A DNA stretch of 55,236 nucleotides from a virus (Duplodnaviria; Caudoviricetes), in IMG/VR virus record IMGVR_UViG_3300026026_000014, positions 1 to 55,236 of that record, one strand, 5' to 3'. This document shows, piece by piece, positions 9,228-18,657 of the stretch. The number at the start of each line of letters is the position of its first letter. The first letter of the stretch is position 1. The position numbers were made by a program, and so were the translations under genes. The notes beneath the pieces are model-generated. The model had not been told where the DNA came from, did not search any database, and saw only the letters and a program-made list of their open reading frames with translations.

Positions 9228-9767
9228 ATGTCAAAAGTAATTACTCCAGAGTTCAGAGCTTCTTATGCAAACGTTTGGGAACCAGGTAAAACTCCATCTG
9301 GCGACATGAAGTACAGCGTAAGCATGATCTTCCCTAAAACTACTGATTTAACAGAAATCAGAAAAGCTATCAAAGCTTGTATTGTTGAAAAACACGGTGA
9401 AGATGAGAAGAAATGGCCTAAAGGATTAAAAAATCCTTTACGTGATGGTGATGCTGAACGCGATGGTAAAGAATATGCAGGTTCTTTCTTTATCAATGCA
9501 GGTAGCAAAAACCAACCTGGAATTGTTGATCAAAATGTTAAACCAATCACTGAACGTGATGAGTTCTATTCTGGTGTATATGCAAGAGCATCAGTATCGT
9601 TCTTTTACTTTGACAAAGCAGGTAACCGCGGAGTTGGAGTTGGTTTAAATAACCTTATGAAGACTAAAGACGGTGAAAGACTTGATGGCCGTGCAAGTGC
9701 AGAAAGTGAATTCGGTGAATTTGCTTCTCCAGCTGGCACAGAAGGCGCAAGTGACACAGGCTTTTAA
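9228..9767 (+). CDS. single-stranded DNA-binding protein (DUF2815 / gp2.5-like)
   Basis: RASYANVWEP, KYSV, NPLRDGD, FYSGVYARAS, GNRGVGVGLNN...KDGERL motifs; GAGG RBS before ATG 9228. Confidence 0.9.
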   Translation: MSKVITPEFRASYANVWEPGKTPSGDMKYSVSMIFPKTTDLTEIRKAIKACIVEKHGEDEKKWPKGLKNPLRDGDAERDGKEYAGSFFINAGSKNQPGIVDQNVKPITERDEFYSGVYARASVSFFYFDKAGNRGVGVGLNNLMKTKDGERLDGRASAESEFGEFASPAGTEGASDTGF

Positions 9768-9779
9768 TCTTTGACCCAT

Positions 9780-9816
9780 AATAGCCCTACTGTTAAGATG
9801 CAGTAGGGCTATTTTT
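9780..9816 (+). terminator. intrinsic terminator
   Basis: AATAGCCCTACTG / CAGTAGGGCTATT stem followed by a T-run. Confidence 0.8.
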
Positions 9817-9831
9817 AACTTTGGAGTTTAC

Positions 9832-11853
9832 ATGCACGAGTTAATAGAAACAATAACAGAAATAATTCCTAATAACTCTGGGTATGATCATGTATTTATT
9901 GACTTCGAAACTTATTCAGAATGTGATTTAATGAAATGTGGTGCATCAGTATATGCTGAACATCCTTCAACTGACATCATCTGTCTTTCGTATCGTTTTA
10001 TATCTGGCGATAACGAATTTGCACACATGTATCGCCCATATGAAGGAGATCAGGCTCCTCAAAAACTTTTTGATGCTATTAAAGCAGGAATTGTAATTAA
10101 AGCGCAAAATGTATTCTTCGAGAAATGTATTTGGAAATATGTCTGTCTTAAGCGTGGATGGCCTCAAGTACACTATTCTCAATGGCGTGATACTATGGCT
10201 AAATCAGCCATGCATGCCATATCATTATCATTAGAAGCCGCTGGTGTTGCTCTTGGATTAAACGAACAAAAGAGTGCAAGTGGTAAAGCTCTCATTAAAC
10301 TTTTATCTGTTCCACAAAAGAATGGCCGAAGAGTCACAAGAGATCAGAATCCAACAGCTTATGCTCAAATGTATGCTTATTGTGATCAAGATACTGCAGC
10401 AGAAAAAGCTATTGACGATAATCTTTTGAATCTTAAAGATCACGAACAAAGATTCTGGTTCATAAATCAAAGAATAAATGAACGTGGGATACCTATTGAT
10501 ATTCACTCATGTAAAATAATACAAAAGAAATTACTCGAAGAAATCCAGCATTTTGAAGACAAAGCTGTTCAATTATCTGGAGGTAGATTTACTACACTAA
10601 ACCAACGAGTTAAAATACTTGCATGGTTAAAAGACCAAAAACTTGAACTTCCTGATTATACTGCACAAACTGTTGAAGATGCACTTAATGGTAAGTTTGG
10701 TCCATTAAATGGTCCTGCATTAGAACTTCTTACTCTACGTCAAGCAGCAGGCAAATCATCTACTAAAAAGTTTGCTTCAATGATTGCTTGTGCAAATTCA
10801 GATGATCGAGTACGTGGATGCTTATTATATCATGGTGCTCATACTGGTAGAGACGCTGGACGATTAATACAACCTCATAATTTTGCTAAACCAACATTTG
10901 AAGTCGAAGAATTTGGTGGTTATGAATTATTAGTAGAACGTCTTATTACTATGGGACGTCGTGAAATAGAAACACATTATCCACAATCATTCATGAATTT
11001 AGCTTCTTCAGCTTTACGTTCGATGATAAAGCCAAAGAAAGGTAAAAAGTTATATGCAGCAGATTATAATGCAATTGAAGTACGAGTTTTGTTTTGGTTA
11101 GCAGGGTGTACAAGTGGTCTTGATATATACCGTAATAGAGGAGACATTTATGTTAGAATGGCTTCTAGTGTGTACAGAATACCTGAAAATCAAGTTACTA
11201 AAGATCAACGGTGGTATGGTAAGACAATTATTCTTGGAGCAGGATTTGGTTTAGGAGGTAAAGGATTTGTAAATACATGTGCTAACTTTGGAATTAAAGT
11301 AGACATGGAATTTGCAGATCTTGCAATTAAATCATATCGTAGTGATTATCCTGAAGTTGTAAAACTTTGGAATGGCATAGAGAAAGCTGCAATTGGCGCA
11401 GTTTTGTTAAATGTAGAAACTGAATATCGTTTAGTTAAATTTCGTAAAATAGGAAACTTCTTATACTGTAAACTTCCACAAGGTCGTTTAATCTCATATC
11501 CATTCCCAAAAATTGAAGATGTTAAAACTCCATGGGGTGAAGTTAAAAAGCAATTAACATATCGTACTATGCAAAATAATTTCTGGTGTAGAACTTCAAC
11601 TTATGGCGGAAAACTTGTAGAGAATATTGTACAAGCAACAGCTAGAGATTTTATGGCTAATGGCGTAATAAATCTTGAAGCTAACGGTTATCCAGTCATA
11701 CTTATGGTACACGATGAAATTATATCAGAAGTTGATGATAATTTCGGTTCTCTTGAAGAGTTTGAATCATTAATGTGTAAAGATGTTGCTTGGGGATTAG
11801 ATTGTCCAATTCTTGCAGAAGGAGCAATTTTGTCCAGATACCAGAAATTGTAA
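9832..11853 (+). CDS. family A DNA polymerase (SPO2/APSE-like) with 3'-5' exonuclease
   Basis: Exo I IDFETYS; YHGAHTGR; motif A ADYNAIEVRV; motif B RWYGK; ENIVQATARD; motif C VHDEI. Confidence 0.95.
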   Translation: MHELIETITEIIPNNSGYDHVFIDFETYSECDLMKCGASVYAEHPSTDIICLSYRFISGDNEFAHMYRPYEGDQAPQKLFDAIKAGIVIKAQNVFFEKCIWKYVCLKRGWPQVHYSQWRDTMAKSAMHAISLSLEAAGVALGLNEQKSASGKALIKLLSVPQKNGRRVTRDQNPTAYAQMYAYCDQDTAAEKAIDDNLLNLKDHEQRFWFINQRINERGIPIDIHSCKIIQKKLLEEIQHFEDKAVQLSGGRFTTLNQRVKILAWLKDQKLELPDYTAQTVEDALNGKFGPLNGPALELLTLRQAAGKSSTKKFASMIACANSDDRVRGCLLYHGAHTGRDAGRLIQPHNFAKPTFEVEEFGGYELLVERLITMGRREIETHYPQSFMNLASSALRSMIKPKKGKKLYAADYNAIEVRVLFWLAGCTSGLDIYRNRGDIYVRMASSVYRIPENQVTKDQRWYGKTIILGAGFGLGGKGFVNTCANFGIKVDMEFADLAIKSYRSDYPEVVKLWNGIEKAAIGAVLLNVETEYRLVKFRKIGNFLYCKLPQGRLISYPFPKIEDVKTPWGEVKKQLTYRTMQNNFWCRTSTYGGKLVENIVQATARDFMANGVINLEANGYPVILMVHDEIISEVDDNFGSLEEFESLMCKDVAWGLDCPILAEGAILSRYQKL

Positions 11854-11863
11854 AAACTTTAAG

Positions 11864-11892
11864 TATACATGAAGATATATTTGTATTATAAT
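11864..11892 (+). promoter_or_regulatory. sigma70-like promoter
   Basis: TATACA-17bp-TATAAT. Confidence 0.6.
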
Positions 11893-11919
11893 ATAACTTA
11901 GTATATTTAGGAATTACTT

Positions 11920-12240
11920 ATGGCTCACCAGAAACATATTTTAGACGATATACCATTTGATGAGGAAGTAATGCAAAAGGCTAAGAAGTACATGGTTCCA
12001 TACGAAGGTGTACCTATTGTTTGGTGGCTATTTTGGTTAATAGCTTGTATGCCAGTAGTAATACTTGTGTTAATGATACATATGGACAAATTATCATACG
12101 CTAAGAAACGTAATGATTATGCTTATTATTGTGTATATACAGGAAAACCATTTGTTGCTCCAACTAAAGAACCTTCTAAAGAATGGGGATTGCTCTTTGC
12201 AATTGCTCTTATCTGGTTTGGATACTATTTAACTCATTGA
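11920..12240 (+). CDS. hypothetical membrane protein
   Basis: two hydrophobic segments; AGGA RBS. Confidence 0.6.
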   Translation: MAHQKHILDDIPFDEEVMQKAKKYMVPYEGVPIVWWLFWLIACMPVVILVLMIHMDKLSYAKKRNDYAYYCVYTGKPFVAPTKEPSKEWGLLFAIALIWFGYYLTH

Positions 12241-12247
12241 GGTTATT

Positions 12248-12607
12248 ATGAAAGAATATACGCCAAAACAATTAACTGATATGGGTTATAGTGATTTTAT
12301 GGAAGTTATTAACCAAGCTGTTAAAAATTCCGGAAATGTGGATTCCAAATTAGTTCGCGAATTAAGACGTAGATCTGATAATTTCTACGGTCAAGTTATA
12401 AATGCTGAACAGATTATAAATGGAATTGCCTCTGAAGAATTAGAAGGCAGAGTAAGCAAAACGTTACAAGATCAAATTTTCCTTGAATGTTTTAAGAATG
12501 CTTCTAAAGAATACGATCGTCCAACTATGCAAGAATACGCTGCAGTAACAGAAGAAGCGTATCAAGCACAACAACTTATTATTAGCGAACTTCGGAGATA
12601 TAAATGA
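12248..12607 (+). CDS. hypothetical protein
   Basis: GAGG RBS; overlaps the next start. Confidence 0.6.
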   Translation: MKEYTPKQLTDMGYSDFMEVINQAVKNSGNVDSKLVRELRRRSDNFYGQVINAEQIINGIASEELEGRVSKTLQDQIFLECFKNASKEYDRPTMQEYAAVTEEAYQAQQLIISELRRYK

Positions 12608-13845
12608 CTCAGAACACACCAACCAAACATAGTTTATTTTCACCATCAGGTTCTGGTCGTTGGATGAAATGTCCAGGATCAATACCATTTGTACAATCTC
12701 TTAATCTGCCACACAGAGATAGTGAATTTGCTCTTGAAGGTACAGCTTGTCATGAATTAGCTGCTGAGTGCTTAATTAATGGGGATATCGACGCTTCTAG
12801 TTATATTGGTCGCGAATTTATCCCGCGATTCCCAGTAGATATGGAGATGGTGAATTCTACAAACACATATTTAGATTATGTACGTGGATTCATGACATTG
12901 AGTTCTGTAATGGAAGTAGAACAACGTATTGAAATGAATGATTTACATGAAGGTACTGGAGGAACTTCAGACGTTGTAATGTATTCTCCAAAAGAATTCC
13001 ATTGTTTTGACCTTAAGTATGGTCGCGGAGTTCCTGTTGATGTAGTTGAGAATTCTCAAATGATGCTATATACAGCTGGTAGAATCAGAGAACTACATCA
13101 AGCAGGAATCATCGATGCTAACCAACTTGAACGTATATCAATTCATATTGTTCAACCACGTTGTCCTCATCCAGATGGTCCATGTAGATCTTGGGATGTT
13201 CCTATTGAGAGACTGCGTGAACATTGGAGAAATGCTAAAATAGCGATTCAAGAAGCATTGTCAGATAATCCTCCATTTAATCCTGGCGAAAGTCAATGTA
13301 AATGGTGCGATGGAGCACCAGTTTGTCGTAAGTTAACGGAATTTAACCTTAAAACTGCTATGCACGATTTTGAAAGTGTAAAATCTCAAAAACTCGCGCT
13401 TATGGAAGCTAATAAAATGTCTAAGGAAGAGATTGCTGAGATCATGAAACACAGCGGAATATTTGAAACATGGATTAATTCTATTGTTGCGTATGCTCAG
13501 AATGAACTTGAACGAGGTAGAGGCTTTCCTGGATATAAACTTGTTCGTGGACGCTCTATTAGAGGTTGGGCTAATAACGCTCAACAGCATGTCATTAAAG
13601 TTATCACTGATTTAGGATTTTCTGAGAAAGAAGCATATTCAGAACCTAAATTCAGATCACCAAATCAGATAGAACAACTTATTGGTAAAAAGAATGCTGC
13701 TAAGTTGTCGGAATATGTAGTTAAACCATTAGGTAAAATTACAATAGCTCCAGAATCTGATAAACGTGATGCAGTAGATCCTAAAGCTTCAGCTGCATCT
13801 GATTTTGAATCATTCACTCCAGAAGGAGACTTAAACGATGAGTAA
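12604..13845 (+). CDS. DUF2800 Cas4-like PD-(D/E)xK exonuclease
   Basis: HSLFSPSGSGRWMKCPGS, EGTACHE, GTSD, DLKYGRG, QCKWC...C, GYKLVRGRS. Confidence 0.9.
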   Translation: MTQNTPTKHSLFSPSGSGRWMKCPGSIPFVQSLNLPHRDSEFALEGTACHELAAECLINGDIDASSYIGREFIPRFPVDMEMVNSTNTYLDYVRGFMTLSSVMEVEQRIEMNDLHEGTGGTSDVVMYSPKEFHCFDLKYGRGVPVDVVENSQMMLYTAGRIRELHQAGIIDANQLERISIHIVQPRCPHPDGPCRSWDVPIERLREHWRNAKIAIQEALSDNPPFNPGESQCKWCDGAPVCRKLTEFNLKTAMHDFESVKSQKLALMEANKMSKEEIAEIMKHSGIFETWINSIVAYAQNELERGRGFPGYKLVRGRSIRGWANNAQQHVIKVITDLGFSEKEAYSEPKFRSPNQIEQLIGKKNAAKLSEYVVKPLGKITIAPESDKRDAVDPKASAASDFESFTPEGDLNDE

Positions 13846-14149
13846 ATTTTGTTCAATTTGTAGTTTAGATGGTAGTGAAAACATACCAGCAGTTGCTCAA
13901 TATACCGACAACATGATGGTAAGTCACTATGTTTGCAAGAAACATCTTGAAGATGTTAAACAAGCGAATCTTGAGTATAAAGAATTCTCAGATGAGGAAA
14001 TTCAGAAAAGTGAAGAAGATTCAGAAACAGAAAACAAACCTTTCTATGATGCCGAATCGTGTGAAGAGTGTGGAGCTAGTGCCTCAAATCACACTTGGAA
14101 TATCGATCAACGCATTTGGGAATGTGATGATTGTGGAGCGGTGCAATAA
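13838..14149 (+). CDS. Cys-rich Zn-binding hypothetical protein
   Basis: CSIC, CKKH, CEEC, CDDC; GGAG RBS. Confidence 0.6.
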   Translation: MSKFCSICSLDGSENIPAVAQYTDNMMVSHYVCKKHLEDVKQANLEYKEFSDEEIQKSEEDSETENKPFYDAESCEECGASASNHTWNIDQRIWECDDCGAVQ

Positions 14150-14331
14150 TGGCAAATCTTAAAGAAGGTAACTTAGTTTACGTAACTGCCGCACAGAAAG
14201 ATGGGGATACTCATGCTGTAGCGTTTGGTCGTGTAATAAAAATCGAAGGAGATTTTATTACTGTGTCAATCGCAAAGTCAGATGTTGAAATAGTAACAGA
14301 GACTTTTGCTCCTCTTGAACAACTTGGTTAA
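14149..14331 (+). CDS. hypothetical protein
   Basis: ATG overlapping the upstream stop; GGAG RBS. Confidence 0.5.
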   Translation: MANLKEGNLVYVTAAQKDGDTHAVAFGRVIKIEGDFITVSIAKSDVEIVTETFAPLEQLG

Positions 14332-14333
14332 GT

Positions 14334-14446
14334 ATCATGTGCCTGGTTTAATCCTGGTTTAATAGTTTTATATATTTATATATCTATATTAAATATATAA
14401 GGTTTTATCAAACCGGGATATCCAGGCACACCAGGCTCATTGTTTT
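14334..14446. repeat. dispersed palindromic element, copy 1
   Basis: ATCATGTGCCTGGTTT...AT-rich core...GGTTTTATCAAACCGGGATATCCAGGCACACCAGGC. Confidence 0.9.
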
Positions 14447-14504
14447 ATATAATTTTATATTAAGATTTTTTATTAAACTAATTGTAACTTGTTTAAACTT
14501 TTTG

Positions 14505-14533
14505 TTTACTTGTTATAAGGTATTGTATATAAT
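14505..14533 (+). promoter_or_regulatory. sigma70-like promoter
   Basis: TTTACT-17bp-TATAAT. Confidence 0.7.
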
Positions 14534-14560
14534 TATTCTTTATTAAATCAGAGGTATTCA

Positions 14561-14815
14561 ATGAGCGAACAAGAAATGACAATGCGCGATAAACTCTCAT
14601 CTGCTATGGATGGTTGTAGCGAAGTAGAAGCGCTTATGTTAGATATAACTGATGCAATATCAACTTACCAATTAAACATAGATGATGCAGTCTCAAATGA
14701 TGAGATAACTGAATCTCCAGATGAAGATGATAAAGAACTTCTTGTAGATAAATTTACAAGAGCTATTGAGCACCTTAAATGTGCTATGTCAAAATTCACT
14801 AAAGATGAAAGATGA
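14561..14815 (+). CDS. acidic helical hypothetical protein
   Basis: GAGG RBS; first gene after the promoter. Confidence 0.6.
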   Translation: MSEQEMTMRDKLSSAMDGCSEVEALMLDITDAISTYQLNIDDAVSNDEITESPDEDDKELLVDKFTRAIEHLKCAMSKFTKDER

Positions 14816-15105
14816 AAGATGAATTAGAAATTGACATTGAAGAAGAGTTTGTTAAAAGAGCTCTTAAAGAATTTGGTTGTTGGTCAATCAAGTTTAAACA
14901 TATAGGTATAAAAGGTGCGCCTGATCGCATAGTGTTTTGTCCTGGTGGTCACGTATTTTTTATAGAGTTTAAGAGAGGAGATAATATACCATCTCCTCAT
15001 CAAGAAGAGTTTGCTAAGACTCTTAGTAAATTGAATTTTACTGTGTATTTTTGTTATACAGTTGCATCGGCCATAAGAGCACTTGAAATGGAGATTGCAA
15101 AATGA
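14812..15105 (+). CDS. VRR-NUC domain nuclease (Holliday junction resolvase-like)
   Basis: GAPDRIV...FFIEFKR...PSPHQ. Confidence 0.9.
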   Translation: MKDELEIDIEEEFVKRALKEFGCWSIKFKHIGIKGAPDRIVFCPGGHVFFIEFKRGDNIPSPHQEEFAKTLSKLNFTVYFCYTVASAIRALEMEIAK

Positions 15106-15323
15106 GCACATTTAAACGAGAAGTTAGATATGTAGTATTAAAACTTTCTCATATGTCTGTAGAACAACAAGAAGAGTTAAATACAGCAATTAAGAGAATA
15201 GGATTAGGAACTATTGATTGTGTAGTAGTAGAGAAAGACTGGCCAGAATACGAATCAACTTTTAAAGCTATAGAGAAAAGAGTATTAAGAAATAAAAGTG
15301 GTAGAGGCCACTTTCAACAATAG
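15102..15323 (+). CDS. hypothetical phage protein
   Basis: FKRE.RYVVLK...CVVVEKDWPEYE motif; GGAG RBS. Confidence 0.65.
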   Translation: MSTFKREVRYVVLKLSHMSVEQQEELNTAIKRIGLGTIDCVVVEKDWPEYESTFKAIEKRVLRNKSGRGHFQQ

Positions 15324-15331
15324 AGGTTAAT

Positions 15332-15592
15332 ATGAGTGAAATTGGCGAAACTTGGAAAGCAGTTAAAGAAGCTAGTAAAGTTAAGCGTGCTAGTAATCGT
15401 GAATATTCTACTAAACTTCTACAAGAGAAACAAATCAAATTCACTGAATATAATGGTGGAGCTCATTTACGAGTTGAAACTACTCAAGGTGTTATTGACT
15501 TCTGGCCAGGTACAGGATACTGGAAAACTGCTGGTGGCATAAAAGGACGTGGAGTTAATAACCTTCTTTCTATGATTTCAAAATTCAAATAA
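15332..15592 (+). CDS. hypothetical phage protein
   Basis: NGGAHL...IDFWPGTG.W...RGV motif; GAGG RBS. Confidence 0.7.
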   Translation: MSEIGETWKAVKEASKVKRASNREYSTKLLQEKQIKFTEYNGGAHLRVETTQGVIDFWPGTGYWKTAGGIKGRGVNNLLSMISKFK

Positions 15593-16992
15593 TGTCAAAA
15601 CTCTGGATACCACATAAATATCAGCAAGATACTGAAGATTTTGCTATTGATAAATCATATGCAGGTTTATTATTGGATCCAGGTTTAGGTAAGACTTCTA
15701 TATCTCTTAATATGCTTAACAAGTTAAAGAGAAAAACTCTTGTTATTGCTCCACTTCGTGTATGTCATTTAGTGTGGCCTAATGAAACTAAAAAGTGGAC
15801 CAACTTTAATAACATAAAAATTGCGGTAATGCACGGAGCAGAGAAAGAAAAACAATTTTTGCGTAATGATGTTGGAGTTTATGTAATAAATCCTGAAGGT
15901 ATAGATTGGCTCCATGATATGATCAAAAAACATAAAAGATTTCCTTGGGAAATTCTTATTGTTGATGAATCTACTAAATTTAAAGCACATAAAGCAAAAC
16001 GATTTAAAATTCTAAAGACTTTTCTACGAATGTTTAAGAAACGTTATATTCTTACTGGCAGTTTAGTAAGTGGTGGATTACTTGATCTTTGGGCACAAAT
16101 ATACATTCTTGATCTCGGTAAAGCATTAGGAGAAACTTTCTATGCTTATCGTAATAAATACTTTTTTCAATCTGATTATCAAGGATTTAAGTTCGAACCT
16201 CATCCGTGGGCAATGGAACAAATTTTAGATAAGATAAAACCTTTCTGTATACATTTAAGCGCGCGAGATCACCTTGATCTTCCTGAAATGATAGTAAATG
16301 ACATATATGTGGATTTACCAGAGAAGGTAATGAAACAATATAAACAGATGGAAGATAAGTTATTTTCTGAATTGTCATATGATGAAGAATCATTTAAAGT
16401 GGTTGCGAGTTCTGCTGGTGTAGCTTATGGTAAATGTCGTCAAATAATTCAAGGGTTTATGTTTGAACATTTAGACGAGTTAGAGAAAGCGAAAGGTAGA
16501 AAACCTAAATTTTATCACATACATGATGAAAAAGCTCAAGCATTGAAATCATTCACTGATTCACTTGACGGGAATCCTGCAATGATAGCTTTCCATTATA
16601 AACCTGATCTGTTAAAACTACAAGAGTTATATCCAGGAATGCCTTATATAGGTTCTGGAGTTACAATGGACCAAACGCGAATTATAGAACGTGAATGGAA
16701 TCAAGGTAAATACCCTATACTTGGTGGACATCCTATGAGTATGGGACATGGATTAAATCTACAAGAATCTGGTTACAACGTTATATGGTATTGCCTTACA
16801 GATTCATATGAATTATATGATCAATACAATTGCCGAGTTTTAAGACAAGGTGCAAAATCTGATCATGTAATGGTTACGCGAATAATTGCCCGTGGTACTA
16901 TAGATGAAGCTACAATTATAAATCTTCAAAATAAAGGTAAAACGCAGTCTGATATGTTAAATGCACTTAAACTTTACAGGAGAATGTTATGA
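15592..16992 (+). CDS. SNF2-family helicase
   Basis: PHKYQ, DPGLGKT, IVDES, LTG, GHGLNLQ, Q...RVLRQG. Confidence 0.92.
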   Translation: MSKLWIPHKYQQDTEDFAIDKSYAGLLLDPGLGKTSISLNMLNKLKRKTLVIAPLRVCHLVWPNETKKWTNFNNIKIAVMHGAEKEKQFLRNDVGVYVINPEGIDWLHDMIKKHKRFPWEILIVDESTKFKAHKAKRFKILKTFLRMFKKRYILTGSLVSGGLLDLWAQIYILDLGKALGETFYAYRNKYFFQSDYQGFKFEPHPWAMEQILDKIKPFCIHLSARDHLDLPEMIVNDIYVDLPEKVMKQYKQMEDKLFSELSYDEESFKVVASSAGVAYGKCRQIIQGFMFEHLDELEKAKGRKPKFYHIHDEKAQALKSFTDSLDGNPAMIAFHYKPDLLKLQELYPGMPYIGSGVTMDQTRIIEREWNQGKYPILGGHPMSMGHGLNLQESGYNVIWYCLTDSYELYDQYNCRVLRQGAKSDHVMVTRIIARGTIDEATIINLQNKGKTQSDMLNALKLYRRML

Positions 16993-17576
16993 GAGATTTA
17001 AGAAAATTGGAACTTAAAATCGCAATTGCATTAGTTATATTCTTTGCTTCAATAGTTGTATATTTTGTACCAAGTCCTATTAAAGCAAAACCTATTGCTG
17101 CTATAGACTCTGCGGGACAAACTGCATGGATAGCAAATGTTTTAGAGACTCGCTATAAAGTAAAGAAACCATATTCTATTATGATAACTACTATGATAGA
17201 ACAAGCTTCTGTAGAATACAACATAAGTCCTATGATAATAATGTCTGTGATTAAAGTAGAATCTGATTATGTATCACGTAATGGTAAGCATGGCGAAATA
17301 GGATTTATGCAATTAAAACCTAAATTCTGGACTAAACCTTGTAACAAGTATGATATACACGATAAATATGAAAATATACTTGTTGGAGCTTGCGCAATAC
17401 GTTATAATATGAATCTCACTGACAATATAAGCGACGCACTTACGGCTTATAATATAGGATTCACTAATTTTGATAAAGATGTAAATTTGTTAAATGGATT
17501 CACTTATAGAGACAAAGTTCTTGATGAAAATATGGATTTAATTGATCTTTCACTTTTACCGATAGATACAAACTGA
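16989..17576 (+). CDS. membrane-anchored lytic transglycosylase (SLT domain)
   Basis: N-terminal TM helix; VIKVES (catalytic Glu), GFMQL, NILVGA, ALTAYNIG. Confidence 0.8.
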   Translation: MRDLRKLELKIAIALVIFFASIVVYFVPSPIKAKPIAAIDSAGQTAWIANVLETRYKVKKPYSIMITTMIEQASVEYNISPMIIMSVIKVESDYVSRNGKHGEIGFMQLKPKFWTKPCNKYDIHDKYENILVGACAIRYNMNLTDNISDALTAYNIGFTNFDKDVNLLNGFTYRDKVLDENMDLIDLSLLPIDTN

Positions 17577-17577
17577 T

Positions 17578-18111
17578 ATGAGTTCAATGATAGGTTATAT
17601 AACTAGAGTAATGTCTGCGTTTAAACATACGGGTGCTTTTGGTGAAGAAGAGCTTCGTGAAATAGAATCTATTCTGTATGCAGTTGCACAACAGGAAACT
17701 CGTGATGTAGTTTTACACAAAGCAGATAGAAATACTATTGCCTCAAGTTTTTCTGCTATAGCTTTAGTTGGTCACCAATTTAAAGTTAAGGAAGGAGAAA
17801 AAGTAATAGTATATGAATTAATATGTACTGTTACCGCAAGAGATTTCACAAATGGAAAGATTCAAGTTATGAATCCGTTTTGGGGAATACAATGGGTACC
17901 AGAACAGTCTTGTATACGTATCCAAGAGTTATTTACTTTAGGTATGTTACGTGATGTTATTAAGACTGCTATGTCACCTAATTTCATAAAAGATTTCAAG
18001 AAGAGAATAGGTCGTGAAAAATCAATTGATTTAGATCATGATACTGAAGCTTCTGGATATCTTGAATATGAAAAGAATGAATCAAAAGAATTATCAAAAA
18101 TTGATAAATAA
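17578..18111 (+). CDS. hypothetical protein
   Basis: 177-aa ORF packed in the operon. Confidence 0.6.
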   Translation: MSSMIGYITRVMSAFKHTGAFGEEELREIESILYAVAQQETRDVVLHKADRNTIASSFSAIALVGHQFKVKEGEKVIVYELICTVTARDFTNGKIQVMNPFWGIQWVPEQSCIRIQELFTLGMLRDVIKTAMSPNFIKDFKKRIGREKSIDLDHDTEASGYLEYEKNESKELSKIDK

Positions 18112-18124
18112 TTTAAAGTTTTTG

Positions 18125-18153
18125 TTTACTTTTGATATATGTTGTTATATAAT
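18125..18153 (+). promoter_or_regulatory. sigma70-like promoter
   Basis: TTTACT-17bp-TATAAT. Confidence 0.7.
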
Positions 18154-18217
18154 ATACACTGATAATTAAGTTAAACACTAAATTATCTTTTACAACCCAC
18201 TTACTTAGGAGACACTT

Positions 18218-18583
18218 ATGTCTAAACAAGAAGCAGCACAAGAAGTTGTTGATACTGGCCCGAAAAAAGCAAAACGCGTAAATGGCATCACCAAAGAAGC
18301 CAAATTGACCGTTCTGACCCAAGTAAACCCCAAGCGTGAAGGTTCACAAGCGTTTGATCGTTTCGAAGGTTATTTCAAACTTGAAACTGGTGCTACAGTA
18401 CAAGACGCACTGGATGCAGGTTTGACCATCGGTGATGTGCGTTATGATGTTATCCACGGCAGCATTGCTGTTGAAGGTGCTACTGTTGAAGAGTATGAAG
18501 TTACTCCTCGCAGTGAGTCTGAAGATGCAGCTGCTGAAGCTGCTGGTGCAGACACAGCAAGCGCAACTGATAGCGGCTTTTAA
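18218..18583 (+). CDS. hypothetical protein, probably highly expressed, possibly DNA-binding; acidic tail ending TDSGF
   Basis: own promoter, AGGAG RBS and terminator; NPKREGS.A..RF..Y motif. Confidence 0.75.
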   Translation: MSKQEAAQEVVDTGPKKAKRVNGITKEAKLTVLTQVNPKREGSQAFDRFEGYFKLETGATVQDALDAGLTIGDVRYDVIHGSIAVEGATVEEYEVTPRSESEDAAAEAAGADTASATDSGF

Positions 18584-18601
18584 TCCAGGCTGACCCAATA
18601 G

Positions 18602-18635
18602 AAAAGGGACCTATTTAATTATAGGTCCCTTTTTT
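18602..18635 (+). terminator. intrinsic terminator
   Basis: AAAAGGGACCTAT / ATAGGTCCCTTTT stem plus a T-run. Confidence 0.85.
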
Positions 18636-18657
18636 ACATTTGGAGATCTCCAAGACC

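Noticed and set aside
11920-11960. LDDIPF in the N-terminus of a membrane protein as an SSB-tail mimic
   Set aside because: SSB-tail binding needs a free C-terminal Phe; here the motif is internal
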